This document shows, in pieces, positions 1 through 10,100 of a stretch of 64,000 nt of DNA. The position numbers and the translations under genes were made by a program. Each line of letters starts with the position of its first letter. Positions within the stretch are counted from its first letter, which is position 1. Source of the DNA: an uncultured Bacilli bacterium (GTDB lineage Bacteria > Bacillota_I > Bacilli_A > RF39 > UBA660); assembly GCA_947625535.1 (NCBI GenBank), contig CANQOR010000004.1, positions 307 through 64,306 of the forward strand, given 5' to 3'. The notes beneath the pieces were generated by a model. The model ran no database searches and was not told where the DNA came from. It saw nothing but the letters and a program-made list of their open reading frames with translations.

Positions 1-405
1 GTACCTAATATTGTTGAAACAGTTAAAGGTTATGCTAAGCATGAAAAAGATACTTTAGAAGCAGTAGTCAATGCTCGTAATTCTGCTTTAAGTGCTAAAA
101 CACCTGCTGATGAAATGGATGCTAACAATCAATTAACTAGTACTTTAAACAAGCTATTTGCTTTAACAGAAGCTTATCCAGATTTAAAAGCTAATGAAAA
201 CTTTTTAAGTTTACAAGAAAGCTTAAAGGATGTTGAAGAAAAAATAGCTTATTCTAGACAATTCTATAATGATACAGTTTTAACATATCAAAATGCTACT
301 CAAGTCTTCCCAACTGTTATCATTGCTAATTTATTTGGTTTTAAAGGTGAAGAATTCTTTAAAGCTGCTGATGAAGAAAGAGAAAACGTTAAAGTTAAAT
401 TTTAA
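1..405 (+). CDS. lemA: LemA family protein, C-terminal part (5' end outside the window)
   Basis: Frame 1 is open from base 1 (VPNIVETVKGYAKHEKDTLEAVVNARNSA...) and runs into the listed 96-aa ORF. LemA-like sequence (YSRQFYNDTV). Followed by its usual partner, a DUF2207 gene. Confidence 0.85.
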   Translation, partial: VPNIVETVKGYAKHEKDTLEAVVNARNSALSAKTPADEMDANNQLTSTLNKLFALTEAYPDLKANENFLSLQESLKDVEEKIAYSRQFYNDTVLTYQNATQVFPTVIIANLFGFKGEEFFKAADEERENVKVKF

Positions 406-422
406 TTAAAAATAAAAAAGAG

Positions 423-2228
423 GTGATTAAATTGAAGAAAGCTAATTTTGTTTATAGCTTTGTTCTAGTATTATCCTTCTTTTTTTTGTTAAATAAAGTA
501 TCTGCTAATACAATAAATGATATTAACATGGATGTCTTTATTGATGAAAATGGTAATGCATTAGTTAAAGAAGTATGGCAAGCTAATCTAACAGAAGGAA
601 CAGAAGGATTTCGTGAATTTAGTGATTTAAATCAAATGAGTATAACTAATTTTTCAGTTGTTGATGATAGTGGTAAAACTTATGAAACAGTAACACCATG
701 GAATATTGATGCTACTTTTAATGAAAAAGCTTATAAAAGTGGTATTAATTATAAATATAATGGTTTAGAACTATGTTGGGGAATATCTAAACGTGGTCAT
801 AGAACTTATACATTAAGTTATAATATAGATAATTTAATTACGCAGTATACTGATAATGAAGGACTTTATTTTAATTTCTTAAATTTAGATCAACCAGTTG
901 GTCATGTTAAAATAACTATTCATTCTGCTATTCCTTTTTCTAAAGATAATGCTCGTATATGGGGCTTAGGTTATGATGGAACGGCTAATTTTATAGATGG
1001 TGGTATTGTTTTAGAAACAACTTCATCATTATCATCAAGACAATATATTGTTGGTTTAGTTAGATTTGAAACTCCATTATTTAAAACTACAAATACTGAA
1101 ACTAGAACTTTTGATGAAGCATATGATGAAGCTTTTAAAGATGTTGAAAGAAACAATTATAGTTATGAACCATCAACCTATCATATGTCACCAATTCTTT
1201 TTATCTTTTGTGCTATAACTGAATTAATCGTCATCTTCTTTCCTGTACTTTTAATTAATGACAAAACTCGTACTTGGTTACTAGGTGCTGGTATTCCAAA
1301 TAATCGTTTAGTTTTTGGAAAATCAGGTAAAACATTACCTAAGACTAGTGACATCCCTTACTGGCGTGAAATACCATGTGATAAAGATCTTGCTAAAGCT
1401 TACTGGGTATGTAAAACATATAATATAACAACTGAAAGTACTCTTTCTAAAGGTATAGTAGGAGCTATCTTCCTTAAATGGATTAAAGATAAAAAAATAA
1501 CTGTTATTAAAACTAAAAAAGGCTTTTTACATTTTAAAGATGATAACTATGCTATAGATTTAAATAATATTAAATCGGCTGAAACAGAAATAGAAAATGA
1601 CTTTTTACAAATTATCTTAAAAGCTGCTGGTAAAAATAAAATCCTTGAACCAAAAGAATTTTATAAATGGAGTAAAAAACATTATTATGAAATTAATAAT
1701 TGGTTAAGTGATATTATAACTAAAGAAGAAAAATATCTAGAAAATGAAGGTTTAATAACTCGTGGTGAAGAAAAAGTAAAAGGTTCATTTGGTAAAATTA
1801 AAACTATTACTACACGTATCGTTGACCCTAGTTTAAAAGAAGAAGCTATAAAAATGGCTGGTTTAAAAAAATTCTTATTAGATTTTAGTAAAATGCCTGA
1901 ACGTGAACATTTTGAAGTTCACATTTGGGAAGAATACTTGATGTTTGCTGAATTAATGGGTATTGCTAAAAAAGTAGCTGAACAATTTAGTAAATTATAT
2001 CCTAGTATATACAATCAAGCAGAATATGACATTGATTTTACTACTAATATTATCTTTAATCTTATCGATGATATTAGTGTCAATTGTTATAATGGTGTCC
2101 GAGCTGGAGTTACAGCTGCCCAAAGCCACGACTATAGTGGTAGCGATTCTTGGTCAGGTGGAGGAGGCATTAGCTTCTCTAGTGGTGGTAGTTCATCTAG
2201 TGGTTCATCAGGTGGTGGCTTCAGATAA
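423..2228 (+). CDS. DUF2207-type membrane protein (LemA partner) with Gly/Ser-rich C-terminal tail
   Basis: Signal peptide (..LLNKVSA/NT), internal TM segment and C-terminal GGGGISFSSGGSSSSGSSGGGFR tail typical of DUF2207. Lies directly after lemA. Start may be TTG at 432 instead of GTG at 423 (SD agagg at about 419). Confidence 0.8.
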   Translation: MIKLKKANFVYSFVLVLSFFFLLNKVSANTINDINMDVFIDENGNALVKEVWQANLTEGTEGFREFSDLNQMSITNFSVVDDSGKTYETVTPWNIDATFNEKAYKSGINYKYNGLELCWGISKRGHRTYTLSYNIDNLITQYTDNEGLYFNFLNLDQPVGHVKITIHSAIPFSKDNARIWGLGYDGTANFIDGGIVLETTSSLSSRQYIVGLVRFETPLFKTTNTETRTFDEAYDEAFKDVERNNYSYEPSTYHMSPILFIFCAITELIVIFFPVLLINDKTRTWLLGAGIPNNRLVFGKSGKTLPKTSDIPYWREIPCDKDLAKAYWVCKTYNITTESTLSKGIVGAIFLKWIKDKKITVIKTKKGFLHFKDDNYAIDLNNIKSAETEIENDFLQIILKAAGKNKILEPKEFYKWSKKHYYEINNWLSDIITKEEKYLENEGLITRGEEKVKGSFGKIKTITTRIVDPSLKEEAIKMAGLKKFLLDFSKMPEREHFEVHIWEEYLMFAELMGIAKKVAEQFSKLYPSIYNQAEYDIDFTTNIIFNLIDDISVNCYNGVRAGVTAAQSHDYSGSDSWSGGGGISFSSGGSSSSGSSGGGFR

Positions 2229-2254
2229 AATAGCAATTTATTTGCTATTTTTTT
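2228..2254 (+). terminator. Rho-independent terminator after the DUF2207 gene
   Basis: Stem aaatagcaa / ttgctattt followed by a T-run. Confidence 0.7.
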
Positions 2255-2322
2255 AATAAAACTTGCTAAATTAACTTAATATCATTAAAATAATGAAAGC
2301 AATTTATTAAAGGAGTGGTTTA

Positions 2323-3216
2323 ATGAACTCATTACAAAAACTACTATATGATATTTGTCAAAATAAAAACATTAATTTTGAACTAGTATCTAAAAACTGG
2401 ATAGCTGTTTTACAAAAAGATAACAAAGTAAGATATATAGCCGGGTATAAATTCCCTTTAAATAATCATGCTAGTGCTTTAGTATGTGATGATAAGTATG
2501 CTTTATATGATGTCTTAAAAAAATTTAACATCCCCGTAGCTGAACATCATATCTTATTTAATAACTATAATAAAGAAGAAGTAATTTCTTATGCTAAAAA
2601 ATATAATTTTAATATTGTAGTTAAATCTAATATAGGTACTTGTGGTAATAATATGTATCATACTTTAAATGAAAAAGACTTATTTAAACATATAGATGAA
2701 CTATTATTAAAAAACTATTCCATAAGTATCTCTCCATATTATGAAATAAAAAATGAATATCGTTCTATTATATTAAATGATAAGATAGAAGTATTTTATG
2801 GTAAAGAAAAACCTATTGTTATAGGTGATGGTAAAAAAACAATATATGAACTATTATTAGAATTTAATAATTACTATTTTAGTAAAATAAAACCATCTCC
2901 TAAATTAAATAGAGTCTTAAATAAAGATGAAATATATGAATATAACTGGCAATTTAATTTATCTAAAGGATCACGTCCTTTCTTAGAAGTTAATAATACT
3001 TTAAAATCTAATATAGAAAAACTAGCTTTAGAAGTATTTAAATTATTAAACTTAAAATTTGTTAGTATAGATATTATTGAATTAGTAAGTGGTGAATTAC
3101 TTGTCTTAGAAGCTAATAGTGGTGTTATGATGGAAAACTTTATTGAATTAATACCAAATGGTAAAGAAATAGCTACATCATTATATAGTAAAGTAATTGA
3201 TGAAATGTTTAAGTAA
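2323..3216 (+). CDS. ATP-grasp fold protein, unknown substrate
   Basis: SD aaaggag before the ATG. ATP-grasp-like blocks (VVKSNIGTCGNNMY, LVLEANSGVMMENF). Confidence 0.65.
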   Translation: MNSLQKLLYDICQNKNINFELVSKNWIAVLQKDNKVRYIAGYKFPLNNHASALVCDDKYALYDVLKKFNIPVAEHHILFNNYNKEEVISYAKKYNFNIVVKSNIGTCGNNMYHTLNEKDLFKHIDELLLKNYSISISPYYEIKNEYRSIILNDKIEVFYGKEKPIVIGDGKKTIYELLLEFNNYYFSKIKPSPKLNRVLNKDEIYEYNWQFNLSKGSRPFLEVNNTLKSNIEKLALEVFKLLNLKFVSIDIIELVSGELLVLEANSGVMMENFIELIPNGKEIATSLYSKVIDEMFK

Positions 3217-3302
3217 TATGTTATAATTAGAAACGAGGAAGATATATATGAAATGTTTAAGTAATATGTTATAATTAGAAACGAGGAAGATATATATGAA
3301 AT
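3200..3302. repeat. Perfect 48-bp tandem duplication (2 full units plus 7 nt)
   Basis: 3200-3247 is identical to 3248-3295, and identity continues through 3302. The unit contains the end of the ATP-grasp CDS plus the SD and ATG of the next gene. Confidence 0.95.
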
Positions 3303-3937
3303 ATAAATCATTTAAAGATGCTAATAAAATAGTTAAACGTTCAACATTTTTAGTAACAAATCCTGAAGAAAACAAATATAAATGGAATACTTTCTTTGGT
3401 AATAATAATCCTATTCATTTAGAACTAGGTACAGGTCGTGGAGAATTTATTATTAATATGGCTTTAACTAATCCTAAAATAAACTTTGTAGGAATAGAAA
3501 TAAGTGAAGATCAACTAGTTAAAGCTGTTCAAAAATTAAATAATAAAAATATTCCTAATCTAGCTTTAATATGTGCTGATGCTCATGATATAGATAAAAT
3601 ATTTGGTAAAGAAATAAGTACTATATACTTAACTTTCTCTGAGCCATGGCCTAAAGCACATAATGAAAAGAATCGTTTTACTCATGAAAATTATTTAAAA
3701 TTATACGATAAAATATTTAAAAAAGATAAACATATTATAATGAAAACTGATAATAAAGGATTATTCCAATATTCTTTACAAACTTTATCTCAATATTGGT
3801 ATGTTTTTGATAAAGTAAGTTTAGATTTACATAATGATGAAAACCCAGTTAAATCAAATATTATGACTGATTGGGAAAGAAAATGTGTTCAAGATAAAAA
3901 ACCAATCTATTACTTAGATGCTAGTTTTAAAGGATAA
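3296..3937 (+). CDS. trmB: tRNA (guanine-N7)-methyltransferase TrmB paralog, divergent copy
   Basis: TrmB architecture (HLELGTGRGEF SAM motif, FSEPWPK block), but FSEPWPKAHNEKNRF replaces the canonical FxDPWPKKRHxKRR. Confidence 0.75.
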   Translation: MKYKSFKDANKIVKRSTFLVTNPEENKYKWNTFFGNNNPIHLELGTGRGEFIINMALTNPKINFVGIEISEDQLVKAVQKLNNKNIPNLALICADAHDIDKIFGKEISTIYLTFSEPWPKAHNEKNRFTHENYLKLYDKIFKKDKHIIMKTDNKGLFQYSLQTLSQYWYVFDKVSLDLHNDENPVKSNIMTDWERKCVQDKKPIYYLDASFKG

Positions 3938-4074
3938 TTAACGAAAAATAGACATTAATTTAATGTCTATTTTGTTAGTGTAGAATAAGTGTGGAGATTT
4001 TTAACTTAAAAATAAGTTGTATAATTAAAATCATTTTAAGTCTAGAGGGAGTAGATAGTCAATATCTATTCCTT

Positions 4075-4503
4075 TTAAATTATATAAATTTCTTGTCTTA
4101 TTGATGTTAATTCTTTTAATCTATTATTTTCAGCTGGTGAATCTAAAATTGGTAATTTTGTATTTATTTTATATTCTTTTGAATGATTAGAAGAAAGTTT
4201 TTGATCGTATTTTATGTTTGTTATATTTTTGATTTTTAAATTTATTTCTTGATATTCATTTGAGCTGTATTTTAAATTATAATAATCTTCAATAGTTAAA
4301 TCATGCTTATTAGCATGATAAACAAGTAGTTTAAGTTTATTTTCTAAACCTCTTTCAGAGAAGCCATAAGGTGATGATGTGATATATCTAGCAAAACCTT
4401 GATTAATATGTCCTTCCATAGAACAATGACATTTATATAAAGGATTATTTTGATTTTTGATGCCTTCTATATTTTTTATAATATAATTCATATGTTCTAT
4501 CAT
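4075..4503 (-). CDS. Transposase, C-terminal 142 aa in the -1 frame (candidate catalytic E)
   Basis: SMEGHINQGF..SERG block fits the E region of a DDE fold. The frame is open upstream to 4551 and overlaps the N-terminal ORF across two A7 tracts. Confidence 0.6.
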   Translation of the reverse strand: MIEHMNYIIKNIEGIKNQNNPLYKCHCSMEGHINQGFARYITSSPYGFSERGLENKLKLLVYHANKHDLTIEDYYNLKYSSNEYQEINLKIKNITNIKYDQKLSSNHSKEYKINTKLPILDSPAENNRLKELTSIRQEIYII

Positions 4504-5471
4504 ATATTTTTTTGCTCTGGATATTTTTTTATTTGAAACATAACAAGTGTTTTAAAGTCATCAATTAAATTATTTTTTATATAATCATTAGCAATATTAC
4601 GTAGTTCAATTTCATCTTTAAAAATGTAATTTAAATGCTTTTTAATATAATGAAAAGGATCTAATACAAATTTAGCATTAGGAAAGCAATTAGTATAATT
4701 CTTAATACCAGGAGCACCATCACCAGAAATAAAAATAGCTTTAAATTTATCTATATAATATTTTTTATTAACATAATCAAATATAACTTCCCATAATTCT
4801 TCATAAGTTAGTTTAGAAGATGCAAAGTAGTGAATATTTTTTAATTTCTTTCTTTTTACAAAAGTTTCTTCATAACCTTCATGAACAATAGCACATGGAC
4901 AGATTTTGTTACCATCTTTTTGTAGATTGGCATGTATTTCATCCATTTCAATATATAAAACATCAGGTTGGTTTTCAACTCTTATAATATTTTCTTTAAT
5001 TGAACCATTTAATTTGGCAATTTTTTTAGAAACAGTACTTCTTGAAATTATAATATTTCTTAGAGCATGACGAGCAGATTGACTCATATTTTCATCAATC
5101 GCATATTTAATTAATTGATACTCAGCTTCATTAGTTAAACGCTGGTATGGCTTTAAATGTAATATTTCTCGAAGTAAAACAAATCTATCTTTAGTTCTTT
5201 TATTGATGTAAGAAGTAGAATTAATCGTTATATAACCAACAGAAGTAATTAAAGTTCTTTTTCGAGTTTCTTTAACATTATATATCTTTTTTCTTTCAGG
5301 AGAATTTTTAAATTTAGCATCAATATAATTAAGAAAAGCTTGATAAAGATTTAAAGTCATAGTGTCACCAACATCTCTGATTTTCCTTTCTAAATTAAAT
5401 GGAGTTAAGTTTTTACAAAAAGTTTCATTGAAAGTATTAGTAAATTCGTTAATTAATGATATAATATTCAT
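4500..5471 (-). CDS. Transposase, N-terminal 323 aa (candidate D,D residues)
   Basis: Blocks YIEMDEIHANL and FISGDGAPGIKNY resemble UPF0236/ISLre2 transposases (GDGAxWI-like). Ends at a TGA that overlaps the ATG of the next frame. Confidence 0.7.
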   Translation of the reverse strand: MNIISLINEFTNTFNETFCKNLTPFNLERKIRDVGDTMTLNLYQAFLNYIDAKFKNSPERKKIYNVKETRKRTLITSVGYITINSTSYINKRTKDRFVLLREILHLKPYQRLTNEAEYQLIKYAIDENMSQSARHALRNIIISRSTVSKKIAKLNGSIKENIIRVENQPDVLYIEMDEIHANLQKDGNKICPCAIVHEGYEETFVKRKKLKNIHYFASSKLTYEELWEVIFDYVNKKYYIDKFKAIFISGDGAPGIKNYTNCFPNAKFVLDPFHYIKKHLNYIFKDEIELRNIANDYIKNNLIDDFKTLVMFQIKKYPEQKNI

Positions 5472-5762
5472 TGGTTAAAACCTCGCTTTCTGTTGTTTTT
5501 GACAATTCAATTATAAAGCTATTTTTAAGGTTTTAACCTTTTTTATTTGTTCAAAAGGCATTTATTTGTAAATCTCCCCACATTGGAAACACTATCGTCT
5601 ATTTTTCGTTAATTGACTACTAATATTTAATTTGATATATTTGATATATAGAATAATAATGCCTATAAAGTTTGACAAATATGTTATTAAGAAATTAATA
5701 ATTTCTTTAAAAATGGCAAAAATATAGGTATATTCGACTATTATTATAAAAAGGAGAATATT

Positions 5763-7100
5763 ATGGAAGAAAGTAAAAATACTAAAGAAGTGATTCTTAA
5801 AGCAATAATAGGAGTTTTAATAATAATTGTTATTTTATTATTAATGGTAGGAAGTTGTGATTCTATCCAGTATGAAGTAACATTTGATTATAATAATGGT
5901 GAAGGATATGAAACTATTAATGTTAAAGAAAATGATACCATAAGAAGACCTCTTGACCCTGAATGGGAAGGTCATACTTTTGATAATTGGTATTTCAATG
6001 ATAAAGAATTTGATTTTAATACTAAAATAGATCGTAATCTTATCCTAGAAGCACGTTGGAAAGATGGCTCTAGTGATAATAATATAACTTTAGATAATAC
6101 GGAAATAACTTTATTAATTAATACTAAATCTAAAATAAATATTACTAGTTTACCAGAAGGTATTGAATTAAGTAGTTTAGTTTGGTCATCAAGTGATGAA
6201 CAAATAGTTACTGTAGATAATAATGGTAATATAACAGCTATAAAAGAAGGTACTGCTACTATAACTGTAAAAACATCTGATGATAAATATTCAGCATCTG
6301 TTAAAGTAACAATAACTAATAACATCGTAGATATAACTTCATTATCAATTAGTGGTTCTAATAGTGTTGAAGTATCTAAAACAATTAAATTAACAGCTAA
6401 TATAGAACCATCTAATGCTACAAATAGAACTCTTAAATGGTCAAGTAATAATACCAGTATAGCAACAGTAGATAGTAATGGTAATGTCAAAGGAATTAAA
6501 GAAGGTAAAGTAGTAATTACTGTTACATCTTCTAATGGTAAAGTAACTGCTACTAAAGAAATAACTATTATTCCTAAAAAGATTGTTAAAGTAACAAGTG
6601 TTAGTATAAGTGGTGCTAGTGAAGTAACTGTTGGTAATACAATAAAATTAACTGCTAATGTTAAACCAACTGATGCTGATAATAAAAAAGTAACTTGGTC
6701 AAGTAATAATACCAGTATAGCAACAGTTGATAGTAAAGGTAATGTAAAAGGAATTAAAGCTGGTACAGCAACTATTACTGTTACTACTGAAGATGGTAAA
6801 AAAACTGCTACTAAGAAAATAACTGTTAAAGCTAAAGCTATTGTTTATAAAGTAAACTTAACTGCTTTAGTAACAGCAACAGGTTCTATAAATCAATATG
6901 AAGTAGCTGTTACTAAAGATGGTAAACCATTCACTCAATATGAATATATTCTATTTGGTAGTACACCAGTAAAACCAGGTAAATCAACTATTGCTGCTGC
7001 ACTAGCTAATAACGGTAAACTTACTTCAGTAAAAATAGTTATTGATAGTAAAACAACAGTAACAGCTAATATTACATATAGTTCTAGAAAATTCGAGTAG
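5763..7100 (+). CDS. Membrane-anchored surface protein: one Listeria-Bacteroides (Flg_new) repeat plus three Big_2 Ig-like domains
   Basis: N-terminal TM. YEVTFDYNNGEGY...FDNWY...LEARW repeat. Three units of the type ..WSSSN.SIATVDSNGNVKGIKEGTATITV. Confidence 0.8.
   Translation: MEESKNTKEVILKAIIGVLIIIVILLLMVGSCDSIQYEVTFDYNNGEGYETINVKENDTIRRPLDPEWEGHTFDNWYFNDKEFDFNTKIDRNLILEARWKDGSSDNNITLDNTEITLLINTKSKINITSLPEGIELSSLVWSSSDEQIVTVDNNGNITAIKEGTATITVKTSDDKYSASVKVTITNNIVDITSLSISGSNSVEVSKTIKLTANIEPSNATNRTLKWSSNNTSIATVDSNGNVKGIKEGKVVITVTSSNGKVTATKEITIIPKKIVKVTSVSISGASEVTVGNTIKLTANVKPTDADNKKVTWSSNNTSIATVDSKGNVKGIKAGTATITVTTEDGKKTATKKITVKAKAIVYKVNLTALVTATGSINQYEVAVTKDGKPFTQYEYILFGSTPVKPGKSTIAAALANNGKLTSVKIVIDSKTTVTANITYSSRKFE
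6333..6830 (+). repeat. Two tandem ~258-bp intragenic Big_2-coding repeats with long near-identical DNA stretches
   Basis: tggtcaagtaataataccagtatagcaacagt.gatagtaa.ggtaatgt.aaaggaattaaag occurs at about 6438 and again at about 6696. Confidence 0.75.
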
Positions 7101-7119
7101 TAAAGAAAGGAGAGTTTAT

Positions 7120-10100
7120 ATGAAAAAAAATTATAAATTATTATTATCATTTATTCTTTTATTTAGTTTCTTTACATTTAAAGTTAATGCTCGTGAAATG
7201 ACCATAGCAGAACTAGGTAATCTAATTGAAAACGAATATGATGGTTTCTATGCATTTATTATTGGTAATTATGTTTTTACTGATGAACACATTCTAACAA
7301 CTCAAGATATTATGTTAGCATCAAGAAGTATTGCTGTTGAAGATATAAATGGTCATATAAATACCGACCCTATATATAAAGAAATGAATATTTATTATAT
7401 AGTTCAAGAATTTGATAGTAAAAATAACTTAGCATGGAAAGTATCAACTAATTTAATTGGTTCTAATAAAATAACTATCAATACTAAATTAAATATTAAT
7501 TTTATTAACTATAATCAATTATCAGAAGGTACTAAGTTTGATATTACCTTAGAAGATGAAGATTTTAATTCTTATATATCTGATAATTTAAAATTTACAG
7601 GTGGTAATAAAGAAAATAGTAAAGATTTATCTTTAAATGATAAAAGACTTTCTGGTTTAGTATTTAATAATAATACTGTAAATCCTGACGAAGTTGGCAA
7701 TTACTTTTCCTTTATTATAAATGTTCCTAATGCAAATACTAAAACAACAGTTAAAATAGATGGGGTAGAAAGTAAAGAGTATACTTACTCAGATTTTAAA
7801 ACCATCAATGGTAAAACAGCTCTTCCTGTTGTTTGGAAGTTAGATGCATCTGCTCTTACTAAAACTATTAAAGTAACTGTTGATCTAGATGGTAAAGACT
7901 TATCTTATGATCCAACTAGTTATGTTATTAACTATGAAGATGTTACATATCCACTTAATTCTTCAGCTGAGTTTAATATAGATATCCCTTATGAAGATAA
8001 AGTTGCTTTAAAAGATTGGGGATATAAAGTATTAGAAGACCAATATACTTTAACTAAAAGTGAAAGTAATATCTATGATTTAAATGGTACAATAGTAAGG
8101 CAACATACTAATGAAGGAGTCTTTGCTAAAGAAGGTGAAGATGCTTATTACTTTGCATTTACTATTAAATTAACTGATTATAAAGACGATGTAACTATTA
8201 CTATCCCAGCTGGTAAAAATCAAACTAAAACTATTAAAAAAAGTGATTTAAGTGTTGATGGCTCTAATACAGTCTTATTTAAATTAAATAATGAATGTAA
8301 TGTTGAAAATGAAGATTATCAATGTTTATTTGTTATTACTGTTGATTTAGATGGTGATGGTAAAGAATATGTTCCTGTCGATTATATTATTGATTATAAA
8401 AATGTTTTATTTGAAGAACCATCTCCTTTTAAAATAGAACAACCAAATACTGAAGAAATGGAAGCTCTATCTCTTAAGTATGCTTGGGAAAAGGGTAGTG
8501 ATTATCGTAGTGAATTTACTACTACAGATAATATAGTTAATGTAACTGGTTTAATTCCATATGTCAAAATTATTAAAGATGAAAATCATGATTTTACTCA
8601 TTTACAAAATCATTATCTAGCTTATGTTATTACTTCTGATAAAAATATTACTGATAAGACAACTATCAAATTCTTAGCTGATGGTGATGATGATAGTAAA
8701 GAAATAAACGGTACTAAATTTACTAACAATAAAATGGTTATTTTAAAACCTCTTCATCCTGATGATGATAGAGTATTTGAAATAGAATTAGATCTTGATG
8801 GTTCTGAAACTAAGTATGCTCCAACTAAATTAACCGTTGATTGGACAAACTTAAATCTTCAAACAGCTTCTTTTGTTACTAGTTTAAATATTGCTCCAGA
8901 AGAAGAAATAGCATCATTTAAAAACTTAAAAGATCTAAACTATGATAGTACTTTAACAGAACTTAATATTAATGAAAATACACTAACTGGTTCTATCAAA
9001 GAACAACCATCTCTTATCTTAAGTGATGATGTTAACACAGGTTATTACATTCCATTATTATTAACAATTCCTGCTGATATGAATGATGTTACTCTTAAAG
9101 TATCTAATACTAACTATGGTAAAACATCTAAAGTACTAACATCATCTAACTTTGAAGATAACCAAATAATCATCTTCTTTGCTATTAATAAAGATAAAAC
9201 TACTAACTTAGAATTTACTATCGATTTAGATGGTAATAATCACATATATAATGAAGTAACTTATAAATTAGATTACTCTAAAGTAACTTTGAAAGATGAA
9301 GTAAAAATAAATTATGATTATGGTTTAAATGTTAATCTTGAAACTAAAAAATACTATGAAGGAGACCCTCTAGAAAAACCAGAAGATCCATCAAGTAAAA
9401 AACTATATCATGAATTTGCTGGTTGGTATAAAGATAATGAAGAATTTAATTTTGAAGATAATAATGTTGTAACATCTTCTTTAAAAGATATTACATTAAA
9501 AGCTCATTGGTTAGTATCAACTGAAGACTTATTACTTGATTTAGTAAATTATTATAATGTTCAAGAAACTAAAGCCGACTTATCATATAATAAAGAAGAA
9601 CATGAACTATTATATGAAATATTAGAAGAACAAACTATTACAATAAATGATTTTAAAGAAGGTATTATTCCTAAAGTAATAAAATATGTTATGGAAAAAG
9701 ATGAAGTTGCATCTATTAAATTAACTGCTAATAGTAAAGAAGTAACATTTACACCAGCTGATTTAGATAATGTTAATACTAAGTTTGCTAACTTTATTGA
9801 TGAAGTAAACACTGATAATAAAACTTATTTAGATGACTTAATTGATAAAAAATATGAAATATCAATTGAAATAGGTGATTTAAAAAGTCCTGTTGATAAA
9901 TATAAAAATAATAATGATCAAAATTTAAAAATTGATTTTACTATTGCTGATCATGATGAAGTAAGTAATGAACAAGAATTACTAGAAGCTATAAATAAAA
10001 CTTCTTCTAATAATATTCATAGTATTATCATAACTGATTCATTTAATATTACAAATCCAATTACGATATCAAAGAATGTTATTATTAAAGGTCAAAACAA

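Larger units (their letters stand above)
3974..5596 (-). mobile_element. Insertion sequence, 1623 bp, ISLre2/UPF0236-like (family assignment tentative)
   Basis: Imperfect terminal inverted repeats: 3974 gttagtgtagaataagtgtggagattt versus the reverse complement of 5570-5596, gatagtgtttccaatgtggggagattt. Perfect 9-bp direct repeat gtctatttt at 3965-3973 and 5597-5605. Encodes a DDE-type transposase in two overlapping frames. Confidence 0.85.

Noticed and set aside
2874-3375. Minus-strand ORFs (145 aa and 64 aa) with internally repeated peptide YISSSFLIITYYLN
   Set aside because: They are antisense to the ATP-grasp and trmB-like genes. The peptide repeat is just the 48-bp DNA duplication read on the other strand. 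There is no SD.
3936-5614. The 18-bp inverted match aattaacgaaaaatagac (3936-3953) versus 5597-5614 looked like the IS terminal inverted repeats
   Set aside because: It is explained by the pre-existing palindromic terminator that the IS split. The true IS ends are the TAGTGT...GGAGATTT repeats just inside the 9-bp duplication.
5629-5650. Short tandem tttgatata(t) repeat downstream of the IS right end
   Set aside because: It has only two copies of a 9-10-nt AT-rich motif in an AT-rich promoter region, which is not distinguishable from chance.
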